In this document: positions 36,201 through 48,401 of the stretch, one piece after another
Layout of the letters: every line of letters starts with the position of its first letter
Numbering within the stretch: the first letter of the stretch is position 1
From: Paragordius varius
Lineage: Eukaryota > Animalia > Nematomorpha
Reading direction: 5' to 3'
NCBI GenBank assembly: GCA_964247055.1
Contig: OZ176051.1
Coordinates: forward strand, 10,354,001 to 10,418,000
DNA: 64,000 nt
Translations under genes and position numbers: made by a program
The notes under the pieces: generated by a model
The model's database searches: none
Seen by the model: the letters and a program-made list of their open reading frames with translations, nothing else
Told to the model about the DNA's origin: nothing

Positions 36201-38042
36201 ATTACACCATATCAATTCCATATACTATATTTTTTACATGTGGTTATAATTAATTTAGAGGACGAACATGGTGGTATGATAGAAAGCAAAAATAATGAAA
36301 AAAATACTATAGTAGTAAAAAATGGAAAAAAAGAGCAAATTATACATGATAACAGTGAATCATTGCTGACCCCGTGGGAATCATATTTGCAAAAAGATAA
36401 AGCCAAAAAAATGGCTAAAAAATTGAAAAAAATGGAAACACAAAGGCAGTTAGACAATAATACTAACCATTCTACCAATGATATGAACGAGGTTTTTGAT
36501 TAAATTACAATAGATTTTAAACTATGAATTTTTAAATATGAATATGTATGAAATTTTTGCTGTATATCGTATGTTGACAAAATCAATAACTTACTTTAAT
36601 ATTTAAGTTGATCTTGCTTCTTAGTTTTAAGGAAGGAGTTGGGATTTTTTTGTGGCATTTTGAAGATTTTTATTTTTGCCTGCTAAATAAAGAATGTTTA
36701 TAGTCCAGATAAAAATATATTTATTCCGTATTTTCTGCCGCCAAAAATATTAGAAAAACTTAAAAAATGGTATCTTATATTTTTTATAAATGTCTTGTTT
36801 TTTTGTATTTAAAAGGTTTATTTTTGGGGTGCTATATACATAAAGTTACTATGGTTAGATAACAATACATTTTTGCCATATTTTTTGTCAAAACATTAGA
36901 CATTATACAAAAATTGACATTTTTTTCCAATATTAAATATATTTTTTGGGATACCCTAAAAGTAATTTATATAGGATAATAAAAAGTTTTTGTCATATAA
37001 AAAAAATTTAGAACGAAAATTGTACAAAATCAAGCGCTAATCTCGAACTACTTTTGATGGACGATGAAGACTATGATTTAGAAAATAGCAACAATGCAAT
37101 AATAAATTCGGATTTGAATGTAAACTCAACACACAAGAATGCTAAGAAATGGAAACGAAAAAAGAAAAAACAACCAGCACCATTCATGACTGATAAAAAT
37201 CAAAATGATTTAATGGTTAATAAAATATTATTTTTTTTTACTCTTTTTGTTATGAGTTAATTTTAAGCTGAATTTTTATGTGTCGTTTTGTCTTTCTCAT
37301 TGTAATATAACACCAAATTTATGGTTTTTGCTGTATAATATTGATTAAATTTTGTAACACTCAGTGTTAATATATGCACGTTTTTTTTCCTACGTATTAC
37401 ATTTTTTCTAAGGTGCAAAAATTTATTATATATAAACAATTTAAGTATTCGATACAGGCAGCAGAAAAATTATTAATTATTCATGATGGTTTGTGGCGTG
37501 CACTATTTTCGATATTCTTTGAATATTTTCTCCAGATATTAAAACTTTTTGGTTATTTATTAGTAATTTTGATTTATCGATCATCACAATATTATATTAA
37601 TTTTTTCGTCTTTGATGTTGGTTTAGTTTATAAAAATATATTATGCCATATATATATATATATTCTCGATAAAATGACAGCTTTTTTGTGGACCGACCAT
37701 ATCATATATATGGCTATAATTAATTTTTTTAAATAATTAATTTAATTAGTTTTTGTTTCCACATATTACAATTTTATTGCCTTTTTTAAGTTTAAATTTA
37801 TATTTTTTCCGACAATTTTTACACAGTTTAACGTGACTGGTAAATAATTTATGCATACACAAAGTTGAAAAAACATTTTTTATAAAAATTTTACATGGAT
37901 AAATGCATTTTATACAAAAATATTTTCATAGAAAAATCCGCCAGATCAAAGATTTCAAGCAATGTATACTGATCCAAATTACGCAAAAGATCCATCACAT
38001 CCGAATTTTCAAAGCAATAAAAAAACCGCAAAATTCCAATAA
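30242..38042 (+). CDS. ESF1: ESF1 homolog (pre-rRNA processing, NUC153 domain), multi-exon
   Basis: DLRFAHILNDPKY...IDDRFHGMFADKKF...DKRGR; TARLALCNINW; VYQSEYGKRM...QGP; EKLRLYQ; YAIIECDS...IDLRFVPDD; DIAWDQTD; MTWNPG; LTPWESYL. Terminal exon 37932-38042 encodes DQRFQAMYTDPNYAKDPSHPNF. Confidence 0.93.
32451..32771. mobile_element. CCATTTACAATT-type MITE in ESF1 intron
   Basis: TIR CCATTTACAATT...AATGTAAATGG with tandem 21-bp subterminal units. Confidence 0.8.
33314..33614. mobile_element. CCATTTACAATT-type MITE in ESF1 intron
   Basis: Degenerate left end, right end AATTGTAAATGG|TA. Body matches 18651-18917. Confidence 0.75.
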
Positions 38043-38080
38043 TTGATTGATACAATTTGAAAATTGGCATCAATAAATAT

Positions 38081-38117
<37 letters not shown>

Positions 38118-39574
38118 AATTTGTTTCTATTAATTTATTTGAGAATTTAAAGTGATTTTTTTCGAAAATATATAGTTTTAAACGCTCGGTATAATCATGA
38201 TTGCGGATTTGTTTTTGTTGGAAACACGTATATATAAATCTAATTTAAATGCAATTTGCATATTTTGTTGCATAATGGTATATATCTGTAGTAGTGTTTT
38301 AAGATTTATCTATAATCTTTTAATAGCTTTTTTGCATTAGTAACGGTTGCTACATATTGAATACAAAAGCGTTTTTTGACGCGTTAAGATCAATAAAGGA
38401 TTTTGTTATTGAACATATTTCTTCTGTCCTTAAAGTTTTTCTTTTTTGTACAATTAATTTAAACAACCATTAATTATCATTAGGATTTTTTTGCAAAAAA
38501 ACAAAATTAGTCCGTAACATTGTTTAAAGTAAAAAAGTTATAATCCCGATATTATATATATATCTATGTCCTCAATACGGAATTGTCATTTTATTATACA
38601 AACCTAAACATTTTTTATATAAAAAATTTATTTTTTAAACACATAGATACAAATTTAACCAAATTATTTTTTGTTTTATATTTACAGTAAATACACTTTT
38701 ACCATTTTCACAAGGCTAACAAACCTGATAAACATAGGATAGTAATATCAACATTAGAAAAATATTTTCCCTAAAGAAATAAATTAAACTCATATCTTAC
38801 CCCCAACAATAATTAATTGGTCATCCATTTATGCCTAAAAATCAATATATTTTTTATGATAGATTAAAAGGGTAGAAGCATAAATTTAAATTAAAATATA
38901 TTTTTGTAAAATCAGGTGTCAACTTACATTTCATATATTTAAATAGATTTAATGGTAAAATTATGCATGGGACACTTCATAAATATCCTCAGAGTTTTTC
39001 ATTAACTTAATGTATATTTTTGGTTCCACATAGATCAGTAAAATGTAATATCAATTTAATAATTGAAAAATAATGGGTTGAAATCATTTCGGGGTGGGGT
39101 GTATGATTACTATACTCGCTTTACAAAACATAATAAATAATTTCAACCAATCGATAAACCTATATTTAGTTATAAATATATATATATATATATATATAGA
39201 TTCCTATATAACGTAAAAATTGGTTTAAATTTTGTGGATATTGGCCAATACGACTACCTCTTATTACCTTCTATAAAAAATGTATTAGCTTGCTTAGTTC
39301 CTCATCCTGACATGTATAATTAATGAGTTTGGATAGAAAAATAGGTGTGTGTACTTTTTATTAAAACACTACATAAATTTATTGATTATTAATTTTTTCT
39401 ATTATCTAATTTGTATTTGAATTGTGTGCAAAAAAGAAGGTTACTTTTTTTAAAAAAAAAAATTCATGAGATAGCTTATGACCAGCGAATTCATTTGCCG
39501 CAAAAAAATGTAATTTGTTGAAGACCTATTTTCGAAAAATTAAAGAAAATCAAATCAGGCTATTTAAAATTTTA

Positions 39575-40095
39575 ACTATATTAAAAAAAATTTTAATTAA
39601 TAACCAAACTCATTCACATTTTATTCAGCAAAAAACTTATATATCAAAATAAAACTAAAAAATATTGTTTTTTATTTTTTTGTCATCTGGCTTATGAGTG
39701 TATAAAAAATTTTTACTGTTTTATTTTGGAATCTTACATGAGTGGGAATTAAAAAGTATATAATCTATGCAAAATAACATTTAAAGTAATGGAATATCAA
39801 CCAACAATCCTTACGAATCCCTGTACAGGAATATTTTGGACAGATTTTTGGTTGATATTGCAATATTTTAAAATCTTTTGCATAAATTATAATTTTATAA
39901 ATCCCACCCATGTAAGATTCCAATATAAAACACTTTTTTTATACACTCATAAACCAGATGACAAAAAAATGCAAAAATAAAAACAATATTTTTTAGTTTT
40001 ATTTGGTATAGTATTTTTTTACTGATAAAATATTAAAGTTAAGATAATTATAGTAAGTTTAGTTGGTAAATAATTAAAAAAATTATTTTAATAGA
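39575..40095. repeat. ~520-bp imperfect palindrome (MITE-like hairpin)
   Basis: Arms such as TTGTCATCTGGCTTATGAGTGTAT / ATACACTCATAAACCAGATGACAA and GGAATCTTACATG / CATGTAAGATTCC, centred near CCTGTACAGG at ~39825. Confidence 0.8.
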
Positions 40096-41758
40096 GTTTT
40101 ATAAAAATAATTTTGTTTTTTAAGTATGTCATAAAAACGCCATCTTTTGAACTGAGATTTTATACAAACCCTAGCTACATAATTTTAGGCTGTTTATAAA
40201 TTGAAAATATCTCTTATATTAAACCATAATATTCTAACTTTTATCATTATATTTAATATTCTTAATTATCCTTAATTTCACTTTTTGACCAATTTTAATT
40301 TTCCCCCATCAAAAACTAGGTCGTAAATAAATTAAATTTAACTATCTCATGAAAAAAATCTATTTTGTTAAAAAAAATTTTGCACACAGTGTAATACATG
40401 ATTTTGTATCTAAGGCTACTTTTTGATAGTAAATGGTGATATTATTTACAAATATTTTCCAAAAATAAATGAACAATTTAAAGTATAACCAAAACAGTTT
40501 TATATTTTTAATTAAACCACCATATAATCTAGATAAAAATAGATGCGAGGCCCCAACTATCCTTAAACACACATACGATATGAAATCAATGATTTCAAAC
40601 AACCAAAATTTATTTATAAATTTTAGTTTTAATAATTTTTCTTTCCATAAATGTTTGCAATAAAACAAAAGGGAAGGTATTATTATAATTATATAACAGG
40701 TTGTATGCACACAAACACACTTAATAAGATGCATTTTTTACATTGATATAATCAAAAATAATAATTAACACAGTAGAGGAGAGGCATTTATATTCAAAAA
40801 ACGTTCTATCATATAAATAAAATAATGTTATTCATAAAAAAGGATTAGAAGTTATCAAAATGGGACATTTTCAATTTCATTTTTTTTCAATATATATGTA
40901 TATATAATTGGGTCAAGATGTCTATAGATTCTTAGAATAAGAGAGATGATATGTGATTTAGTAAAGGCATATAAGTTTAGAACATTTATATTGATATAAT
41001 AAATATAAATATTTATCATTTGATGATTTTTAAAATCGTCATTATTGTATAAGTTGGTTTAATCACTTTTAAATACAAGTATAGATAGGGAGAAAAAGCG
41101 ATCGAGATGGGCAAAATTTATATGTTGTGAAAATTATATCAAATAAATCACACTTTTATAGAAAGGTATAAATGGTAAATCTAACTTGAAAAGAAATTGG
41201 GTAAAGTAAAAATTGCACATGAGTAAGAAGAAAAGGTATATAATATTGCATCTAAGAAGCAGAATTAATAGTGTAATAATCATTTATAAATGCCTAATAA
41301 ATTAGAGAGGCGGGGGTCAGAAAATCTATATTATGCAGCATAAAACTTCTTTTTTGTGAAACCTAATTTTCTCGAAATTAGTAAATAAATATTTACAAAT
41401 ATGGATATTTTGGTGTAATTTACAGAGTTTGGTATAAACTACCGATTAATTTGTGTGGATTTATGAAACCTACGGCTTTTTTAGTTTTACGATAGTTAGA
41501 TATGGGTATCCGTCAAACAAATATCGGTTAAAATGTTTTTTCGGAATGAGAGGGGAGAGGTATATTCAAATATACAATGGAAAACACATCCACGTGTCTA
41601 ATTCTGTTTAATGTTTTGACTCTAAAAAAATGAAAATAAAATAAATATATATCCGTGACACTATAAAAAGAAGATACCTTGAAAAAAAAGATGTTCATTA
41701 AATATTAATTATTTTATAATGTTTTACACTCGGAAATGTATGATGAATCCCGTGTTTT

Positions 41759-43126
41759 TCATATATCAACAACCATTTTTTTGTCAACATCCAAATTGCC
41801 AACGACCTATATAAATACAGGATGAAAAATTAATGTAACCATTTTTTGTAATTTAGGCTAGATAACTAACTAATACATAGGCTCCCTTATACAGTATATC
41901 ATTATGAATTATATTAACTTCATTTCCTTACCATATAATATATATAAAAAATGTATGTTAAAACTAATATGACATATTTCATCATAAAAATAATTAATCA
42001 TTTTTGTGTGTCCAAACATAATTTAGCTTGGCACACATATTAAAACATTATTTTCTGAAAATTTCACTCTAAAATAGGCATAAAATATAATCATCATTCC
42101 TTTTAAAAACTTTATTAATAAAAGTAAACAGATTAGGATTGTATGAATTCTACATTAAACCATATTAAATAAAAAATATAAAATAAATGGTAATATATTT
42201 GGCTAGTATAATTAATATGGAAAAAATATCTAAAACCGATGATTTTCATTTATAGGTGAAAAAAATTTTAATAAAATTATTCATAATTAATTTTTTAACA
42301 TAAATAATAAAAATCGCTAATAAACTAAAATATAAATGATTAACCATTTAATGTCGAATTAACAACACAATCTAAATGTTTAGCGTATCGTTTTTAGCCA
42401 CATAACAAATGTTTTTATCAAACACACAATTAAACTTAATAAGCGATTAACATGGTAGAAATAATTATTATTATTAAATGCATTTATTTGTTTTTCAAAC
42501 AAAAAATAAATAAATTGCTCATTTTTATTTATAAAAAAACAAATTATACCGCACAAAATTCTTCGTAAGATATTTTTCCATCCCCGTCTTTATCGGCATT
42601 TATAATCGTTTTATCGACAATTTGTTGTAATTGAGTATCTTTGAGATTGCTTCCAACCATCATTTTAAGTACGGCAAATAATTCGCCATTTGATATGAAA
42701 CCATCCTTATCAATGTCATATATTTTGAATGCAACTAAAATAAAATCAGTTAAATATAAAAATCAATTATATTAAATATATAAAGAATACGTACATTGTA
42801 GCTTGCTTTCTTTGTCACTTTTGACGCTAAACTGTGATATACCCTCAATGAACTCTAAAAAAATTAAGATTAAAATATGTACCTTTAAAGTCAACTTCTC
42901 CGTTGCCGTCGGTATCAAAAATTTGAATAACTCTTTGGACAAGTGGATTCTGCTGAAGTTCTGGTAATGACATGAATTCATCCACACTAAGTGAACCGGA
43001 ATTATCGGTATCAAGTTTTTTAAATCGTTTACCCAACCGTTTAATTTCTTCAACATCAACTAAAATATATATTATAGTCTTACAATGTGAGCAAAGCTCA
43101 AGTTGAGCCGATATGTCGTTTCCCAT
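41759..43126 (-). CDS. PPP3R1: Calcineurin subunit B (four EF-hands, myristoylation Gly2)
   Basis: Exons 43126-43084, 43059-42883, 42854-42795, 42734-42550 and 41806-41759 give [31 protein letters not shown]...[20 protein letters not shown], closely matching CNB. Confidence 0.97.
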
Positions 43127-43715
43127 TTATATATTGGTAAATATATTTAAGAAATTTTCAGCATTATAAATAATCTTCTTAAACATTCATCTATCGATTA
43201 ACATTAAACGCAAAGTAAAGAGAATTAATTAATGATCATATGAAAAGCATTACATTAATAAGGTGTGAATTATATTAACACCTTTTGTGAATATAAAATC
43301 AATAAAAGTGCTATCAACATCACATCATAAAAATGCCTAAAAAATTTTAAGTTTTCATTTGAGTGATTGAGAATTAGAATTATATTTTCAATTATTTTAA
43401 GTAGTTAGTTATTTTTGGGTGTATAGTAGACTCCAAATTTATTCCAATTTTTATTCTTGAAGTATGATGTTTGGATATTATATGCATGGTACTCTATGGG
43501 CCTTTATTCTATCCAAATAATTGTTAAGGTCCTGACAATTTGAGCAACATATTGGAAGATAAAAATAGATAAAAGTTTATAAACACTTCGATTTAAATTG
43601 GGTATCTAGGGACCCGGGACGATAATAAAGTATTAAAAACAACTGTAAGAAACGGTTTCAGATTAAAATGCTTCCATCATAAAAAAGATGGATAAATAAA
43701 TCAAAACATAATTAA

Positions 43716-44296
43716 CACTTGGATACAACACACTCATTTTAGTCCTTCGATTCAAATTGGGGTAGTTGGATACCCCAGGCCTGTTTAAAATCAAATACTT
43801 TAAAAAATATGGAAGCAATCGAGACCATGGCAAAATTTTGCATTTATATAACATTAATAAACCGAAATATATTAAAAATTTTTTTGAAAAATTCCTCATA
43901 TTATTTATTTTGAGCCAAAACTGAAAGGTAAAAATTTAGTCAACGTGACATGTGTCAAATTTTAAAATTAAAAAATAATACAAAATAAACCGCTTTTTCT
44001 ATTTCTATCAATGTTAGATCTAATTTATATAAAAAATAAGCTTTAGTTTTACCCTTAAAATTAAATGAAGGCGATATTTTGCAAAATTTTTGTAAAATAA
44101 AAATGGCGTCAAAGTAGTTTGAGATGAAACTTTTTTTCAAAACAAAATTTTATCAAGATATTTTGGCATATTTATACAATATTTATCAGGATAGAAGCAT
44201 AAATTTAAATTGGGACCGTTTCCTTCAGTAGTTATTTAAAAATTTTAATTAATATTTAGTCTGGGGTATTTAGATACCCCAATTTGAATCGAAGTG
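43716..44296 (+). mobile_element. TTAA-flanked MITE (piggyBac-like), copy A, 581 bp
   Basis: TTAA|CACTTGGATAC...GAATCGAAGTG|TTAA with subterminal TTCGATTCAAATTGGGGTA repeats at both ends. Confidence 0.8.
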
Positions 44297-44396
44297 TTAA
44301 ATTAAGTTTTGAAAATCTGTATCAAACTACTTCGACGCCATTTTTATTTTCGCGAAATACCGTGCTTTTTCAGTTGCGCTAAAATTAACCCTTTAA

Positions 44397-44978
44397 CACT
44401 TCGATTCAAATTGGGGTATCTAAATACCCCAGACTAAATTCAAATTAACATTTTTAAAAAACTACTGAAGGAAACGGTCCCAATTTAAATTTATGCTTCT
44501 ATCCTGATAAATATTATATAAATATGCCAAAACATCTTGATAAAATTTTGTTTTGAAAAAAAAGCTCCATCTCAAACTACTTCGACGCCATTTTTATTTT
44601 ACAAAATTTTTGCAAAATATCGTCTTTATTTAATTTTAAGGGTAAAACTAAAGCTAATTTTTTATATAAATTACATCTATCACTGATAGAAATAGAAAAA
44701 GCGGTTTAGTTTGTATTATTTTTCAATTTTACAATTTGACACATGTCACGTTGACGAAATTTTTACCTTTCGGTTTTAGCTTAAAATAAGTAATATCAAG
44801 TATTTTTGTATAAATTTTTTTATATATTTTTGTTTATTAATGTTATATAAGTGCAAAATTTTGCCATGGTTTCGATAGCTTCCATACTTTTGAAAGTATT
44901 TGATTTTAAACAGGCCTGGGGTATCCAACTACCCCAATTTGAATCGAAGGACTAAAATGAGTGTCTTGTATCCAAGTG
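44397..44978 (-). mobile_element. TTAA-flanked MITE, copy B (inverted to A)
   Basis: TTAA|CACTTCGATTC...TCCAAGTG|TTAA; reverse complement of copy A. Confidence 0.8.
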
Positions 44979-45196
44979 TTAATTCCAATTGGGGTATCTT
45001 TATATCCCAGGCTAAATTTAAGTTTATATTTTTAAAAAACGGAAACGGTCTTCATTCAAATTTGTGCTACTATCTTAAAAAAAATTATATTAATAGGCCA
45101 AAATATATAAATAAAATTTCGTTTTGAAAATAGGTTCCATGAGGATTTCGACGCCATTTTTATTTTACAAAATTTTTGCAAACCTATGTCATTTAA

Positions 45197-46340
45197 CACT
45201 TGGCAACACATTCATTTTAGTCCTTCGATTCAAATTCGGGACTAAAATACCCCAGCCTGTTTAAAATTAAATTCTTTAAAAAATATGGAAGGAATCGAAA
45301 CCATTGCAAAATTTTTCACTTATGTAACATTAATAAACCGAAATATATCAAAAGTTTTATTCAAAAATATTTGATATTACTTATTTTAAGCTAAAAGCGA
45401 GAGGTAAAAATTTAGTCAAAGTGACATCTGGGAAATGGTAAAATTGAAAAATAATACAAAATAAACGGCTTTTTCTATTTCTATTAATGTTATATGTAAT
45501 TTAAAAAAAAACATTGGCTTTGATTTTACCCTTAAAAATAGGGACGATATTTTGCAAAAATGTCTTAAAATAAAAATGGCGTCAAAGTAGTTTGAGATGG
45601 AACTTTTTTTTCAAAGCAAAATTTTATATAGATATTTTGGCATATTTATGTAAATTTTATTAGGATAGAAGCATAAATTTAAATTGGGACCGTTTCCTTC
45701 AGTAGTTTTTTTGAAAATCCAAATTTAAAATTAGTCTGGGGTATTTAGATACCCCAATTTGAATCGAAGTGTTAACACTTAAATACAACACATCCATTTT
45801 AGTCCTTCGATTGAAATTGGGGTAGTTAGATACCCCAGGCCTGTTTAAAATTAAATAATTTAAAAAAATATGGAATGAATTGAAACCATTTCAAAAATTT
45901 GCACATTTATAACATTAATGAACCGAAATATATAAAAATTTTACTCAAAATACTAAATGTTACTTATTTTTAAGTAAAACCTCAAGGTAAAAATTTAGTC
46001 AATACATGTGTGCATTGGCTAAATTTCAAAATAATACAAAATAAACCACTTTTCCTGTTTCTATCAATGTAAGATGTGATTTAAATAAAAAAATAGCTTT
46101 CATTTTAGCTTTAAAATCAAATAATCACGATATTTTACAAAAATGTTGTAAAATAATGGCGTCGAAGATAGAACTTTTTTTTCAAAACAAAATTTTATTT
46201 AGAAATTTCGGCTTATTTATATAATTTATATTAGGATAGAAGCATAAATTGAATTGGGACCGTTTCTTTCAGTAGTTTTTTAAAAATTTCAACTTAAACA
46301 TAGCCTGAGGTAATTAGATACCCCAATCTGAATCCAAGTG
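45197..46340 (+). mobile_element. TTAA-flanked MITEs, copies C (45197-45771) and D (45776-46340) in tandem
   Basis: Junction GAAGTG|TTAA|CACTT shares one TTAA. A truncated inverted copy follows to ~46664. Confidence 0.75.
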
Positions 46341-48401
46341 TTTATTTTTAAGGCGAAATTAAAGCTATTATTTATTTAAATAACATTTAACATTGGTAGA
46401 AATAGAAAAAGTGGTTTATTTTGTATTATTTTTCAATTTTTCCAACGCGTTACGACTAAATTTTTACCTTTGGTTTCTGATTAAAATAGGTAATATCAAG
46501 TATTTTAAAATAAGTTTTTGCATATTTCCATTTATTAATGTTATATTTTGCCATGGTTTCGATTCCTTCCATATTTTTTAAAGTATTTAATTTTGAAAAA
46601 TCCGAAGTATTCAACTAGCCCAATTCGAATCGAAGGAGTAAAATGAATGTGTAATATTCAAGTGTTTTTGGAATCGTTTCCAACTAATCCATATTTTTTA
46701 AATGTTTGATTTAAAGTGTGGGGTCCGTGACCCTGCTTTAAATTGAAGGACTGAAATGAATGTGTAACATCAAAATGTTAATAAGAAGGCTTAAAAAATA
46801 GAATACACTGCGTCCAATTTAGAGGATTATAAAAATATCTTGATAAAAATATTTTCTGATAAAAAAATATCGGGATTATCAAAGAACTAAACTAGACCTT
46901 AAATATTTTTTTAATATTAGAATTTAAATGGCTTTGGAATATGAAACTACCCCAAAGTCAATCTTATATAAGCCGAATTTAAAAATATGCTTACTTCAGC
47001 CTTATATTATGGTTGAAAAACGTTAATCACACTTCATTTCGGGCAGGTTTTATATCACAGCGAAATTTGAAAAATATAAAATTATGGAATTAAGCCCAAA
47101 TTATAAATATGCTTTATTTAGGTAGGTGGACAAAAAATTTTTTTAAAAAAAATATATTTGTAAATCCTCATCTCAAACTTTTTCTCCGCCATTTGTTCCT
47201 TAAATTTTTTAAATCGTTAATAAAACAGCTATATAAAAATTTATGATTAGAAAATGTAAGTAATTTTTAATCACCTTTCAAGTTGCATATACTAGCAAAA
47301 ACCTAATATTTATTGACAGTAAAAGCGGTTTAGGTATATCGTGTTTTGAAGCTGCCCCGATTTAGGCTTAGAAGCAAAACTCTAAAATATACAAGATTTT
47401 GATCAAATGAAAGAATAATGTTTATTTTAACAAATCTTAAAAGAGTAGTTTATTGACATAAAGATCTCGGTTATAAAACTACCCAATATGTCATCACGGA
47501 CAGAACAGTGAAAATGTAACAAAGTGTTAACTTTAATCCGTGACCTTATGGGGTAGTTTTGCCAGAGCGAGAAATTCCAATATTTTAAAAAGTATTTGAG
47601 GTATTATGACTCATTACCTTTGGAGGTAGTTTAAATCCCGAAAAGATTTTAGTTTGACTATAAAGCCGAAGTTCTAAATATGCTTTTTTAACCTTTTACC
47701 GCATTATACAATTTATATAAAAAAACTGTAAAATTCTCATCTCAAACTTTTTTGGTGCCATTTTTTTCAATTTTTTTACCTCGCTATTGCAACAGGCAAA
47801 TATATATATTATAATATATGTAAATAATTAACTTTAAAAGGATTTCATACATTTTATCAGCAGCTGTTCGTTTCAATCGTGTTTTGGAGATGTCCCAATA
47901 TTGGACTTTAGAGTCACAAAACTTAAAAAATATAATTTTTTATTCTAAAACAAACCATATTTACACAATTGAGCTTAAATATAAACCCAATATATTAACA
48001 AAAAAGAAGTGTAAAGCTTTCACACATTTTACCAAAAATGATAAAAAAAATTGCTAAAAGCTAAATGCCTCATTCCAAAAATATCACTATATCGCAATAT
48101 TTTTATACAATTGTAATATTTTTACAGTGTCTACAAAAAATTCCCTGATAAAATATATATAAATATACATATATTAATGTGACCAGATATTTAGAACCAT
48201 GGCGCAGTACAAAATTAAAACATACTTTGCCTATTTTTTAACCGGATTTTTGGCGTTTTATATTAAATGATATTGTTCGTTACTATTTATAAGCTCATTA
48301 GTAATAATTAAAATATCCAACAATAAATTTATTAAAAATTTAATATAAATGTATGTACATATAATTATATCATATGTTATATATATGAATATATAATAAT
48401 A

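Noticed and set aside
38050-41750. Short hydrophobic ORFs between ESF1 and calcineurin B
   Set aside because: Low-complexity AT-rich translations (F/I/K/N/Y-rich) with no motifs or splice-consistent models.
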